From Coraliomargaritaceae bacterium (GTDB taxonomy: Bacteria > Verrucomicrobiota > Verrucomicrobiia > Opitutales > Coraliomargaritaceae): a stretch of DNA of 64,000 nt. Position 1 is the stretch's first letter, and each line of letters opens with the position of its first letter. Below the pieces are notes generated by a model. It was not told where the DNA came from and searched no databases. It saw nothing but the letters and a program-made list of their open reading frames with translations. Position numbers and translations under genes: made by a program. The stretch spans positions 1 to 64,000 of the forward strand of contig CBFHKU010000004.1 in the NCBI GenBank assembly GCA_965656495.1, written 5' to 3'. This document shows positions 1 to 10,620 of this stretch, piece by piece.

Positions 1-1621
1 CATAATTACCATATGCCGCGAACCCGTACAGCGCCTCATTGCGGGCATCGCCGATCCAGAGCGTCTGTTCATAAAGCGGGCAATCGGTGTAGGTATCTTC
101 CGCGCAAAGTTTGAGCGTGCGCTCCGATATCTGCCAAATCCGGTCAAGCGCGGGATCGCTCGACTGGAAGATCTGCATCGGCTTGACCGGTGCGGTTGAT
201 TCGATGATGCGCACCGATTTGATTTCGATCGGGGTGGTTTGATTACGCAGGGTCACAAACAGAAATTGTCCGGCGCGGCGCTTCAAGGAAAGGAAGCTAT
301 TCTCCCCCTGCTTCGTGATGTAGCGCAACCCGTTGCGGTTAAACGGCAAGGTGTGCTGGATCGTGCCCTCCGGTGTAATGTATTCCACCGCATTCAGATC
401 AAGAACCACTCCCGCATCCGCCTCGATTGAAAATTCAAAATAGCCGCAGGTCTGCTCGCCGAAGTCATAACAGAGTTCGATATCGCCACTTTCCGACGGC
501 TCAATCCTGTTACCGGAAAGTGCGAACGAATCAAGTGCTTCACGCTTGAAAAATTCGGCGGCCGGATCCTCCATGAAAATCTGCTCCAACGGAATATCGA
601 GCGCGGTAAAACCATTCGGATAACGTTCAGTCATCTGCATCCAACGATCTTGCACCGCTTTCGCTTCTTGCTTTTCAAAACTGGCAAACCAACGGATATC
701 GTTATCGCGGAATCGGCAGTCCTCCGCAATTGAAGCGGTCCATTCGCCCCAACCTCTCAGGCTGAGCCACGGAAAGGGCAAATCCTTGTTATGCCCGTAG
801 AAACTGCGACAGAAAAACTGTATTGAATGCTCCCCTGCCGACAGCGTCACTGCGGCGTCTTCGAGCAATTTCCCGTCGATCGCTACGGTCCACTCCTCGC
901 TGGAGAAATCGACCTCCTGTGCCTCGTCGAGCGACAAGGTGGAGCTCAGCGCGATCGGGCGACTCGTATAGAAGTTCGCCTCGACCCATTCACCGTGAAC
1001 CAACTGTGTGACCGGCACACACCATTGACCGGGGCTCTTCTTGACGATTGCGGCAGCGCGAACTTCCTTCGGCAGACGTATTTCCCGAGTCAACAGTTCG
1101 GTATTGCGCAGAGCCAGCTCGCAGGAGCGCTCCACCTCGAGAGCGGCTTGCCAATCGAGTTCGGTTGCAAGTCGTGCGTCGTATGCTTCGAACGGCTCCA
1201 TCTGAATCGAAATTTTGGGAGTCCATTGTTTCCAAGCCTTTGACGGCGCGGCCAGCCAAGTGGAGTCGGTACCGATCACGCTGCCATCGACCGATATCGC
1301 GGCGCGCAAGCCAGCGGCCTGCGGAATCTGGTGCATGGTGCCAATCCCGAAATAGCGAACGATTATTTCAATCGAGTTGATACCCGGTTTGAGGGCCGTG
1401 GAAATATCGTGCTCGTCATATTGGAAATAATCAGGATATGCGCGTGCCGGTCCGTCGTGAATCCACTGGCCGTTGATGGAGACGCGATACCAACTGTCGG
1501 CAGTAATCTGCAGCGTCGTCCCATCAGCTTCCTGAACGTCGAACTCCTTTTGAAAGAGCACCGTTTGATTATACTCAGTCGTGCGATTCTGCGCGCACCA
1601 AATCCATTTCGAGGTCTTCAT
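1..1621 (-). CDS. Alpha-L-rhamnosidase-like glycoside hydrolase (GH78 family), 5' part; runs off the left edge
   Basis: Absent from the ORF track because no stop codon lies in the window. Manual translation from ATG 1621 gives MKTSKWIW...ITADSWYRVSINGQWIHDGPAR (GH78 N-terminal domain). The same frame near base 1 reads SSDPALDRIWQISERTLKLCAEDTYTDCPLYEQTLWIGDARNEAL, matching the GH78 DCP..E...W.GD motif. The middle was not translated codon by codon. Confidence 0.85.
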   Translation of the reverse strand, partial: MKTSKWIWCAQNRTTEYNQTVLFQKEFDVQEADGTTLQITADSWYRVSINGQWIHDGPARAYPDYFQYDEHDISTALKPGINSIEIIVRYFGIGTMHQIPQAAGLRAAISVDGSVIGTDSTWLAAPSKAWKQWTPKISIQMEPFEAYDARLATELDWQAALEVERSCELALRNTELLTREIRLPKEVRAAAIVKKSPGQWCVPVTQLVHGEWVEANFYTSRPIALSSTLSLDEAQEVDFSSEEWTVAIDGKLLEDAAVTLSAGEHSIQFFCRSFYGHNKDLPFPWLSLRGWGEWTASIAEDCRFRDNDIRWFASFEKQEAKAVQDRWMQMTERYPNGFTALDIPLEQIFMEDPAAEFFKREALDSFALSGNRIEPSESGDIELCYDFGEQTCGYFEFSIEADAGVVLDLNAVEYITPEGTIQHTLPFNRNGLRYITKQGENSFLSLKRRAGQFLFVTLRNQTTPIEIKSVRIIESTAPVKPMQIFQSSDPALDRIWQISERTLKLCAEDTYTDCPLYEQTLWIGDARNEALYGFAAYGNY

Positions 1622-1647
1622 ACTTCAATAGCCAAGTCCTATCTCTA

Positions 1648-1696
1648 CAAAAAGAAAGGGCTGGAGCAAAGGGAAATACCGCTTCACTCCAGCCCT
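1648..1696 (-). terminator. Stem-loop with U-tract between the GH94 and GH78 genes (terminator or mRNA-stabilising hairpin)
   Basis: AGGGCTGGAG (1657-1666) and CTCCAGCCCT (1687-1696) form a perfect 10-bp inverted repeat, followed on the minus strand by TTCTTTTTG. Confidence 0.6.
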
Positions 1697-1708
1697 GAAA
1701 TATTGTGA

Positions 1709-4057
1709 TTAAGCTTCCAGTGTCACTTCAACGACGTGTGATCCACCGTCAACCGGCAGCGGCTTGGTGACATCGTGCGCTGCCCCGTCGATTTTGATCG
1801 ACGCCACCGCTGCACCTGCCTTTTTACCGGCATTACTGATGCGGATATCAAAGCTGGTACCACGGAAGGTGCGCTGCACCGATGCATTTTCCCACGCCGA
1901 TGGCAGACAAGGCTTGATGACCAAGCCATCAAGTGTCCGGCGCACACCGAGCATGTATTCAGTCACGCACTGGTACATCCAGGGCACAGATCCAGTGGTC
2001 CAGGCGTGCTCGCCCATCCCAACACGGTTTTCGCTCGACGGGCCGTAATACCCGTTAAAGAAGACGTTCGGCTGATTCAGAACCGGACGATCCGGATTCC
2101 CGGGCTGAACCGAATTCCACAGCTCATAGGCTTCGTCAGCCATGCCGCGTTCAAGCAAGGCCAGCAACATGAAGGCATTGCCGTGCGTATAAACGCTTGC
2201 GTTTTCTGCCGCTCCCGGGCGGATCGAGCTCAAACGGCCAACATTGTGTACATACTTTGTGTAGGCCGGCGAATTGAGCATCAGTCCCCAACCGGAGTCG
2301 AGGTGATCGCACACGCTCTTCCATGACTGTTCCCAACGATTCTCCGGCACGATTTTACCCAGCTGCGCCCAGCTCTGCATATTTAAGAAGATCTTACCTT
2401 CTTCATTTTGTTCCGAGCCGATCGGGTTTCCGTCATCGTCCAAGGCACAGATATACCACTCGCCGTCCCAGGCATGAGTGTTGATCGCTTCGGCCATCTC
2501 TTGCTGCCAGAGGCGGTATTCCTCAGCATCCTGAGTTTTGCCAACTTTCTCTGCGATATTCGCCAAAATCAAGCAACTGCGACAGAAGGCCATCGAGAGC
2601 CAGACGCTCTCACCGCGCCCTTCACGACAAACGCCCGTGAGCGAGTCGTTCCAGTCGCCGTAAAACACAAGATTTAAACCGTGCGCACCACGGTCTTCGC
2701 GCAGACGCAGCAAGGAACGACGCAGGTGTTCGTAAACCGTCGCTTCACCGTTATCGAAGAACGGAACAACTGTTTCCAAAGTATCAAAATCGCCTGTCTC
2801 AGCGAGGTATTCATGGAAGGCGCCGATCATCCACTGCGAGCTGTCCGCATAGCGAAGGTCGTCAATGGGGTGCCAACCGCGCAAGCCAAACCCGGATTCA
2901 TACTGATGCGCACAAGCCTTGAGCAACTGTTCCAGCGCTGCTTTCGGTTGCTGGATCACCGCACCCTGACACTGCTGAATGATGTCCCGGTAACCTTTAA
3001 AGCCCCAACGAGTCCAAAGCACGCCATAGTCGATCTGCTTCGGGCTCCAAACGTTTACCATATTGTTTAGCACTTCGTCTGGTGTAGTTACCTGCAGATT
3101 CTGCGCGAGAGCGGTTTCCGCCTCGACCAATGCGTCAAAATGAACGTCCGCTTCCAGCGACCCAGTGAGGTATTTTGCAGTCAGCGACTCAATCATTGGT
3201 GCCGCATCGCAGGCACCAATCATGAAGCGAACCTCATCCTGCGCACCCGGCGCAAGAGCCATGTCGACCTGCATGGTGCCAACCGGACTGAACATCGCGC
3301 ACTTGGAGTTGGAGCACTTGCCCTGCTCGACTGCGAGCGGGTTCTGTGTGGTGCGGCGTGGGCCGATTACCGAACCGAGACTCGCGTCCCAACCCTTCGG
3401 TTCGCGGTCGATTGCCAAAAAGCCGTTGTGCCACGGGAGATCCACACCTTCCAAATAGCGCGGTGCATCCATACAAACAAAGAGGGCCCGCTGTTCCGGC
3501 AGGTATTCTGCGATGCGGTGCAACTCCCCGCAGTAGAGGTCTTCCCCATCGCAATTCATTGGCACATAAGTGAACAACTGCATGTTCCGCGCTTTGTCGC
3601 CCGTATTGCGCAGGCGCACGTCCCAAACTTCCACGGGATCCTCACTCGCGGGTACATAGATACGCCATACCGCTTCAATACCGTCGGTCACATTTTCAAT
3701 CACCTGGTAGTTCAGACCCACGCGGCATTCGTAGCGCTCGTATTCCTTATAAACCGGCGCGAAACCGATCGAGAAATACTCACCGCTGTCCGCATCACGC
3801 ACATAAATATAGCGTTCATTTTGAACAATTCTACAGTTGCGTCCAGCCGGCGACATGTGCTTCGCCATCCCGCAATTGCTCTGGTCGAGCATTGTAAGAT
3901 AGTTCGGGTTATAGATCATATTGTGCATGGTCCGATCCGGCTCCGGAGTCGCGATGCTCAATTCTTTACCGTTCGCTTTGTATTCGAAAGGGATCTTTTC
4001 TGCAGACCCGCCAAACTCGGCAGGTATGATTTCGGTTAAGGTGCCACTATCAGCCAT
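1709..4057 (-). CDS. GH94 glycoside phosphorylase (cellobiose/chitobiose phosphorylase-like; substrate unknown)
   Basis: 782 aa with GYRDIIQ, catalytic GDWND, GESVWL, WDGEWY, EEGKIFLNMQSWA, ENASVYTH and WTTGS motifs typical of GH94. Confidence 0.9.
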   Translation of the reverse strand: MADSGTLTEIIPAEFGGSAEKIPFEYKANGKELSIATPEPDRTMHNMIYNPNYLTMLDQSNCGMAKHMSPAGRNCRIVQNERYIYVRDADSGEYFSIGFAPVYKEYERYECRVGLNYQVIENVTDGIEAVWRIYVPASEDPVEVWDVRLRNTGDKARNMQLFTYVPMNCDGEDLYCGELHRIAEYLPEQRALFVCMDAPRYLEGVDLPWHNGFLAIDREPKGWDASLGSVIGPRRTTQNPLAVEQGKCSNSKCAMFSPVGTMQVDMALAPGAQDEVRFMIGACDAAPMIESLTAKYLTGSLEADVHFDALVEAETALAQNLQVTTPDEVLNNMVNVWSPKQIDYGVLWTRWGFKGYRDIIQQCQGAVIQQPKAALEQLLKACAHQYESGFGLRGWHPIDDLRYADSSQWMIGAFHEYLAETGDFDTLETVVPFFDNGEATVYEHLRRSLLRLREDRGAHGLNLVFYGDWNDSLTGVCREGRGESVWLSMAFCRSCLILANIAEKVGKTQDAEEYRLWQQEMAEAINTHAWDGEWYICALDDDGNPIGSEQNEEGKIFLNMQSWAQLGKIVPENRWEQSWKSVCDHLDSGWGLMLNSPAYTKYVHNVGRLSSIRPGAAENASVYTHGNAFMLLALLERGMADEAYELWNSVQPGNPDRPVLNQPNVFFNGYYGPSSENRVGMGEHAWTTGSVPWMYQCVTEYMLGVRRTLDGLVIKPCLPSAWENASVQRTFRGTSFDIRISNAGKKAGAAVASIKIDGAAHDVTKPLPVDGGSHVVEVTLEA

Positions 4058-4060
4058 ATT

Positions 4061-5248
4061 TTATTTCTTTAGTTGAATTAGTTTGTTTACCAGCAAACGG
4101 GCGACACCCATGTCCGTATTACGGACGGTCTCTGGACCAGTAATATCGGGATAGGGTTGCCAGCGCTGTAAAATCCATGTGTCGGGATTGCCACCAGCGG
4201 TGACATACCCGTCAAAATATTCAAGTGTGTTATTTACCGCGGACGCACTACGCTCCGCAGGGTTTTGAGCCTTTTCCTTCTCCAGCGTGGCATTCCCGCC
4301 ACGATAGGATTGATCATCAAAGGCATTAATGATCATGCCGCTGTCAATATCGAGCGACTTAACGATCTCCTCGGCAGCCATAATCCGCCCGAAATCAAGC
4401 CGGTTTTCAGCACGGCCATCATAGCGACAGTCCTGATAACTGAAATCAAGATGTATGTGATCCAGAGCAATCCCGTGCGCGGCGAGCTTTTCCTGTGCCG
4501 TTACGATAAATTCCTCCATGTCGATCGGATAAATGCTACGCGGGTCGGTGGTCGTGTATTTGTCCCCCACTGAAAAATAACCCAGCGATTCAATCATACC
4601 GATTTTCGCATCGGGGAAGGCCTCATGAATCAAGGCCAGCGATTCCACCACTTCATCCATCACCGTGCGCCAATCAGGATCCGAAACATATTTCGCCAGT
4701 GGCTTGGTGCCCTGCAAGCAAAGCCCAACATTCCACATCACCGCGTGGTCAGTGCTCAGAAAATCAACCGTGCCACCCGCATCGACCCAGCGCTGCAAAA
4801 CTTCGATCTCCTCAGCCGCGTATTCCTGACCACTACCTGGACCATACGATTCGGACGTCCAACGCAATGCGCCAATCTCAAAGGCACATTTCAGGCCAGC
4901 TTCACGCGCAAAACTCGCCAGTTGCTTCAGCGCTTCATCGCTGTATTTATTTTCGCTCAACGACTCGATAAACTGCTTAAACACAGCCGTCTCACCATAG
5001 ACCGTCGGCCAGTTATTCGTATCAGTAATCTGCTCTAGAAAGTCATCACGAATACCGCGCGTGACCGTATTTAACGAGCCGGGCCCATACCAAATCCCCA
5101 AGGATTCACTAGATGCCGACACAGTTGCATCCACCGGCTTCGCGTCGCCCGATGATTCGGGCGCACAACCGATGATTACAGCAGCCAGCAAGAGGCTCCC
5201 CATAAATCTGAGGGAAGCGGTGAAGGGTAAATTGAATCGTGAAATCAT
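4061..5248 (-). CDS. Hypothetical lipoprotein, possible TIM-barrel carbohydrate-active protein
   Basis: ORF 4061..5308; likely start ATG 5248 (MISRF...) followed by a hydrophobic stretch and lipobox IIG-C. Stop lies 3 bp before the GH94 start. Confidence 0.7.
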   Translation of the reverse strand: MISRFNLPFTASLRFMGSLLLAAVIIGCAPESSGDAKPVDATVSASSESLGIWYGPGSLNTVTRGIRDDFLEQITDTNNWPTVYGETAVFKQFIESLSENKYSDEALKQLASFAREAGLKCAFEIGALRWTSESYGPGSGQEYAAEEIEVLQRWVDAGGTVDFLSTDHAVMWNVGLCLQGTKPLAKYVSDPDWRTVMDEVVESLALIHEAFPDAKIGMIESLGYFSVGDKYTTTDPRSIYPIDMEEFIVTAQEKLAAHGIALDHIHLDFSYQDCRYDGRAENRLDFGRIMAAEEIVKSLDIDSGMIINAFDDQSYRGGNATLEKEKAQNPAERSASAVNNTLEYFDGYVTAGGNPDTWILQRWQPYPDITGPETVRNTDMGVARLLVNKLIQLKK

Positions 5249-5312
5249 GTAGAAATTTGATTGGGAGTCGTACGATGAACCGGTTCTACGCAGGTAAAAC
5301 GTTAACATATCC

Positions 5313-5684
5313 TCAAGAGGTGGCGCTGCATTGGCCTTTGTCTATATTCGTGTGGTTGGGACCTTGTTTTTTGCAAAAGGATAAGTATGCGTAGAAGAGA
5401 AGTATGCCGATGAATTCAAGAAGGAAGCCTGTCCAAAACCATATCCATTTGTTTAATCCAAGGCTCTCAGATTCGCATTTTAGCCATGCACCGCAGACGA
5501 GTTTAAGAGGAATTGTAAACAGTCCGCACAACAAGGTTATTTTCACAATAGCTGGAAAGGTCTCTTCCATTCCACTTTTGATTAAGAGGTGGTTTGCCAA
5601 GGCTGGAAACACGGTTGGTAAAAACCATGCAAGCACTTGAAATATGCATGCCCAGAGCAAGTACTTCTCGATGTTGTTTTTCAT
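5313..5684 (-). CDS. Small hypothetical membrane protein (about 3 TM segments), AT-rich
   Basis: 123 aa with three hydrophobic segments; visibly lower GC than its neighbours. Confidence 0.6.
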   Translation of the reverse strand: MKNNIEKYLLWACIFQVLAWFLPTVFPALANHLLIKSGMEETFPAIVKITLLCGLFTIPLKLVCGAWLKCESESLGLNKWIWFWTGFLLEFIGILLFYAYLSFCKKQGPNHTNIDKGQCSATS

Positions 5685-5872
5685 TTATATTGGTCCATCA
5701 GTTATAATCACCCAGAATCTACAACCAAATCTTACTAGTTCAAGAAAAACATTTTAGATTGTAATAAATCTATAAACACGACATAGCAGTGTCGTAGCAT
5801 CAAAAATTTCGCAGCGAGCTAGTATCTGCGAATTGAACAGCGCCCCAAAGTCGTGAAATTTCTTAGCTCACA

Positions 5873-7279
5873 TCATGACGCCTCAAACTGCTGTTCAATT
5901 TCTTCAAGCGTACGGCCTTTGGTCTCAGGCACCCTGAGATACATGACGACAAACCCAACAAGGCAGATCGCGCCGTAGAGCCAAAACGTGCCGGATGCAC
6001 CGAGCGCTAAATTAATGGGCTTGAACGAAAGCGTCAGCGCAAAACATGCGATCCACAAGGATGAAACAGCCATGCTCATCGCCGCTCCACGAATCCGGTT
6101 CGGGAAAATCTCGGAGAGCAACACCCATGCAATCGGCGCCAGCGTCATCGCATAGCAAGCGATCGCGACCAACACCACAATGAGCACCGGCAGTCCTTGA
6201 ACACCAAAGTGGTAACACGCGCCCAGGATTGCATAGGTGACCATCAGGCCACCGGCGCCGAGCAGCATCAATGGACGACGGCCCCATTTGTCGACAGTTT
6301 TGATCGCCACAAAAGTGAAGACCAGATTCACCAAGCCGGTAATGACGACATTAAACATCATACCACTGACATCATAGCCTGCAGCTTTAAAAATTTCCTC
6401 GGCGTAATTAAAAATCGAATTGATGCCGCACCACTGCTGGAACACGGCAATAAAAATACCCAGCCCAAGAATCTTAAGCAGTCGTGGATGAAACAGCTCG
6501 GAATAGTGCACCACATTGTGCTCACCCGCCAAGGTTGCTTCAACCTCTGTGATCTCCTTGTCGGCATATGACTCGCCGCCAATTTTGACCAAAATTGCAC
6601 GCGCTGCCTCTCCGCGCGAACGCTTCAACAACCAACGAGGCGATTCGGGAATTACCAAAGCCAATAAAAAAAACAATCCGGCTGGGACTGCCTCAGCCGC
6701 AAACATCCAACGCCAACCCGTCTGCCCACTCCATGAATTTAGAATCACCTCTGTTGAGGCATCCGTCTCCACCGGAGCATTTTGGTAAATCAGATAATTA
6801 ACAATTTGAGCGGCCAATACACCAATGACGATGGTCAGCTGATTAATCGAAACAAACTTCCCGCGCATCGACGCAGGCGAGAGCTCCGCGATATAGATCG
6901 GCGAAACAATGGATGCCAATCCGATACCGATACCGCCGAGGATGCGGGCTAAAATAAAGCTATCATAGCTGTTCGAAAGCGCTGTCCATATCGCCGAGAC
7001 AACAAACATCGAGGCGGCTAGAATCAGTACCTTTTTACGGCCGATGCGATCAGTAATAGCGCCGGAAAGCAGCGCACCCAGCAAGCACCCCACCAGTGCT
7101 GAACTCATCGCCCAGCCTGCCCTCCATGCCTGGTCTTCACCGGTCAATTCGTAGAACGCTTCATAAAATGGCTTCGCGCCACCAATCACCACCCAATCAT
7201 AACCGAATAGCAAACCGCCCATCGCTGCTACGAGGCAGATCATCCAAAGAAACTTTAAATTATAATCCATTTTCATCAT
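5873..7279 (-). CDS. MFS sugar porter (XylE/AraE-like sugar:H+ symporter)
   Basis: GGLLFGYD, DRIGRK, PESPRWL, QQWCGIN, DKWGRR and PETKG sugar-porter motifs; 12-TM pattern. Confidence 0.95.
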   Translation of the reverse strand: MMKMDYNLKFLWMICLVAAMGGLLFGYDWVVIGGAKPFYEAFYELTGEDQAWRAGWAMSSALVGCLLGALLSGAITDRIGRKKVLILAASMFVVSAIWTALSNSYDSFILARILGGIGIGLASIVSPIYIAELSPASMRGKFVSINQLTIVIGVLAAQIVNYLIYQNAPVETDASTEVILNSWSGQTGWRWMFAAEAVPAGLFFLLALVIPESPRWLLKRSRGEAARAILVKIGGESYADKEITEVEATLAGEHNVVHYSELFHPRLLKILGLGIFIAVFQQWCGINSIFNYAEEIFKAAGYDVSGMMFNVVITGLVNLVFTFVAIKTVDKWGRRPLMLLGAGGLMVTYAILGACYHFGVQGLPVLIVVLVAIACYAMTLAPIAWVLLSEIFPNRIRGAAMSMAVSSLWIACFALTLSFKPINLALGASGTFWLYGAICLVGFVVMYLRVPETKGRTLEEIEQQFEAS

Positions 7280-7286
7280 CTTGTCG

Positions 7287-10200
7287 TTATTGGTTTAATA
7301 ATTGAAGCCCCTGATTCGCGAGACGGAGCAGTTTGTTCGCTTGTGCCTGTTTCGCCTGATCGAGATCCTCTTCAAAAACGAGCAACAAAGGCAAGGATGT
7401 CGCGAAGTAATCAATCACAGCCTCCCTCTTTAGTTCACCTTCAGCAAAGGCCTTAAAGTTCTCAAACAAGGCTTTGGCTTCGGCATCGCGGCCCAGTTCA
7501 ATCAACGACAAGCCGCGATAATAAGAGAGCTCCGAATGCTCGGTGACGGCCATCGCTTGAAAGTCCCCCGCCTCCTTGGCACTCGCCTCGAATTGCTCCA
7601 CGGCTTCAGCCCCGCGACCAAGGGCACGCAGCGCCTTACCTGTCCAATAGCTCACATCTGCCTTGGCCTGCAACAAATGATACGCCTCTGCCAGATTCTC
7701 CGGTGGCTGCATCGCTTGCTCGAAATGCTCCAGTGCCACGTCGGGATCTCCTGTCTCCAAAGCCTGCTGCCCCAGTAGTAAATGCGCGCGGGTGTATTGG
7801 CGGAGCACCTTCCCTTCCCCGCCCTCCCACGGATGAAAGCGACGCGCCAGCAAGGTATCCAGCGCTGCCTGTGGTGATCCGGTTTGGTTGTAAAGCTCCG
7901 CCAGGGAAACGGTGCAATCGTCGCGCTCGCCCACCAGTTCGAGTCTGGTGCGAAGGGTTTGCAAACGTGCTTCTGCCGTATCGCCCAACTTCTCCCGGAG
8001 CTGATCCAATTCAGCAAAGAGACGCGCGTCCGAAGGATCAAGCTTCACCGCCGCTTCATAAGCCGCACGCGCAGCCTCACCGTCGCGACGCACATTCCAA
8101 TACGCGATCCCAAGATTTCGGTGCACAGTGGCAAACGTCGGATCCGCCGCCCGCGCGGTTTCCCAGCAAGCAATTGCATCCTCATGACGCTTCTTATCGA
8201 AGTAGTAATTACCCAGCCCATAGGCTGCATTGCGATCCGCACCGCTTTGCTCCAAAGCCCACTCCAACATAAATTGATCCTGTAAACGAGAGGGGAAACA
8301 ATAATCGGCAGCGATCCCGCGTGCGTTATTTAGGAGCGATGTTCTGCCCGTCAGCCATGCCAGAGCATAGTGCGTCAACTGCGACCTTTCGAGCGGGTTT
8401 GGCACCGCAACTTCATGCACTGCATTGCTATGGTGTAATTCCAATAGCTCAATTGCCTCTTCGCGGAATCCACCATCCGCATAATCGTGAACGATATCCA
8501 ACACGGTCTGTGCATCGCTGCGACTCTTGGCGAGAAAACCTTCCACATCGCCCGCTGCATAACGCGCCCAATGATCCAGCGGATCCACTGCTAGTAGATC
8601 AGCCAGCACCTGCGAACCATCGCGCCCCAGCTTGGCTAATACCAACGCCTTGAGCACCTGCGCCTTGTTGTGTTGGCGGTTACTATCCAACACGTCTTCA
8701 CAATGCCGCAGGGCGGTTTCAAAATCACACTGACGGCAATCAAGCAATGCCAGCTCATAGTAGGCGGGTGAGCGCCATGCAGCATTCCAAGTGGACTTAT
8801 AAAGCAAGCTGTAAGCCTCGGTAAAGCGATTCTGAAAACGACGAGTCAGCCCGAGGTAGTAATGCGCCTCTCCGGTATACGGGTTCGGGTGACGGCTGGT
8901 CAGGCGCTCAATTGCTTTTTCAAAATGTACCGCAGCTTCATCGAGTAGGCCTTGATTGAGCTTACGGCGACCATAAGCAATATTGGTGCGCACATCCAAC
9001 GGGTCTCGGCGCAGGATTTCATCCCAATAGATTTCAGGATAACGCGTTGGATGGCGGTATTGCTCCAAGTGTTCAGCAGTCAAATACAATTCTTCGTTGG
9101 TCCCAATGGCATCCGGCATGGGCGGCTCAGTTGCGACTTCGCGATGGCGCTCCAATCCCGAAACATCGACCGGTCGATACGACACCAATCCTTCGACTGA
9201 AAGTTCCAGCCTGTGCAGCGCATCGCCCGCAAACTGGATCGACTGATTCTGCCACGGCGCGTCAGGTGATAAATCCACCCGCTCATCGATCAGCACCTGT
9301 TCCCCCTGGGTCAATAGGATGCGAGCGCCCTTAAACTCACTTGATACCACCGCCCCCAGGTCAAGAGTTCCATCCTCTTTCAAAACGAGGCGCACCGCAG
9401 CGTCCTTTGTCGCATTCTGCACCGGGCCGATCTTCTTATACGGCCACCAGAACTGCGAAAAGGTCTTGGTCTCCCCCGGTTGCAAATAAGTGAAGTCCGG
9501 TTGGTTGTCGGTGTAAACACCCGCCATCAATTCCACGTAGGGGCCGTTTGCGTCCGTCAGTTCGCGATCCCATGCCCAGCCAAATTCGTGATTGCCCCAG
9601 GTCCATTGCTTCTTGCCAGGTGCGATATGCTTATTCGCGACATGGACAAAGCCGCCTTGTGCGTCATAATCATACCCGCCGAAGAAGTTAAAGCTCGTAT
9701 CACAAACCATATAGCTGGTCGGCACCTGAATATTTTTATACCAACTCAGGTCGTTGGCACCCGGGCGGGCGGCATAATCGATGCCGTAATAGTCATTGTT
9801 CGCAATCGGAAACGAACTCTGGGCACGCACCGCATGATCCGCCACATAATGTACATCCGCAGGAAAGAAACTCTGATAATTATCGTGCACCTTGGCGGCA
9901 ACATTGGCCCACCACAGAAAGGTCTGCGTATAAGCTGTGCGGTTATATAAGCGCGCCTTTAGCTCGACCAATGCACTGCCCGCTTGCATACGCATGCCAT
10001 GCATCCCCTTTAAGCGATTCAGCGGATCATGCTCAGACATCCATACGGTTCGTGAACCATCTTCGCCCTCCTCAAGATGCAGGTCGGTCGGCATATACGT
10101 GCCGGGGCGGTGGTGCTGCGGCCAGTTAAATTCAACCCCACCGGATATCCACGGTCCCGCCAAACCTACCAAGGCGGGCTTGATCACATCCTGACGGTAG

Positions 10201-10484
10201 AAAAAGTCGTAGTCGTCATTGACCTTGTCCTGACCGAGAAAAATGCGCCCACCGATTTCGGGAAGCATCACCAAGCGTACATACTCGTTCTCCAGTCGCA
10301 CCGAGTCATAGCTCTGGGCTTTCGGCGTATCGAACACCTTATCAATAAACGGTACGGGATAGACCTTGCCACAGGAACCCTGATAGACGCGCTTCTCAAA
10401 AAAGAGCGGATTCTTCTCCGGTTCGCCCAGTCCATAGGTCGGAATTGCCAGCGGTTCACGTGATGCTTCTACATGCTGCCTCAT
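7287..10484 (-). CDS. DUF5107-domain plus TPR-repeat protein (YphG-like)
   Basis: 1065 aa. N-terminus has LENEY..LPEIGGRI, IKPALVGLAGPWISGGVEFNWPQHHRP and GKKQWTWG; the C-terminal half is TPR-like helical repeats. Confidence 0.85.
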   Translation of the reverse strand: MRQHVEASREPLAIPTYGLGEPEKNPLFFEKRVYQGSCGKVYPVPFIDKVFDTPKAQSYDSVRLENEYVRLVMLPEIGGRIFLGQDKVNDDYDFFYRQDVIKPALVGLAGPWISGGVEFNWPQHHRPGTYMPTDLHLEEGEDGSRTVWMSEHDPLNRLKGMHGMRMQAGSALVELKARLYNRTAYTQTFLWWANVAAKVHDNYQSFFPADVHYVADHAVRAQSSFPIANNDYYGIDYAARPGANDLSWYKNIQVPTSYMVCDTSFNFFGGYDYDAQGGFVHVANKHIAPGKKQWTWGNHEFGWAWDRELTDANGPYVELMAGVYTDNQPDFTYLQPGETKTFSQFWWPYKKIGPVQNATKDAAVRLVLKEDGTLDLGAVVSSEFKGARILLTQGEQVLIDERVDLSPDAPWQNQSIQFAGDALHRLELSVEGLVSYRPVDVSGLERHREVATEPPMPDAIGTNEELYLTAEHLEQYRHPTRYPEIYWDEILRRDPLDVRTNIAYGRRKLNQGLLDEAAVHFEKAIERLTSRHPNPYTGEAHYYLGLTRRFQNRFTEAYSLLYKSTWNAAWRSPAYYELALLDCRQCDFETALRHCEDVLDSNRQHNKAQVLKALVLAKLGRDGSQVLADLLAVDPLDHWARYAAGDVEGFLAKSRSDAQTVLDIVHDYADGGFREEAIELLELHHSNAVHEVAVPNPLERSQLTHYALAWLTGRTSLLNNARGIAADYCFPSRLQDQFMLEWALEQSGADRNAAYGLGNYYFDKKRHEDAIACWETARAADPTFATVHRNLGIAYWNVRRDGEAARAAYEAAVKLDPSDARLFAELDQLREKLGDTAEARLQTLRTRLELVGERDDCTVSLAELYNQTGSPQAALDTLLARRFHPWEGGEGKVLRQYTRAHLLLGQQALETGDPDVALEHFEQAMQPPENLAEAYHLLQAKADVSYWTGKALRALGRGAEAVEQFEASAKEAGDFQAMAVTEHSELSYYRGLSLIELGRDAEAKALFENFKAFAEGELKREAVIDYFATSLPLLLVFEEDLDQAKQAQANKLLRLANQGLQLLNQ

Positions 10485-10567
10485 ATTAAATGCATTCGAT
10501 TGAAAAACGCGCCCTGCCTCTTGAGCGTCGCGTAGTTAAACACAATTCAGCCATTGCGTGAATGCCA

Positions 10568-10604
10568 TATCCGATACTTAATAATGGACTATCCGATCTT
10601 AATA
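10568..10604. promoter_or_regulatory. Candidate AraC-type operator (direct repeat)
   Basis: TATCCGATACTTAATA at 10568 and TATCCGATCTTAATA at 10590 (22-bp spacing), in the divergent promoter region between the DUF5107 gene and the AraC gene. Confidence 0.55.
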
Positions 10605-10620
10605 CCTAAAAGATACCTTC

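Noticed and set aside
239..1708. Short ORFs listed in the track for 239-1708
   Set aside because: They overlap the GH78-like frame (minus strand, from 1621) that the track missed.
5281..5365. Integron attC site after the AT-rich ORF
   Set aside because: CCCAAC and a downstream GTT are present, but the RYYYAAC/GTTRRRY boxes and the inner stem do not match; no integrase in the window.
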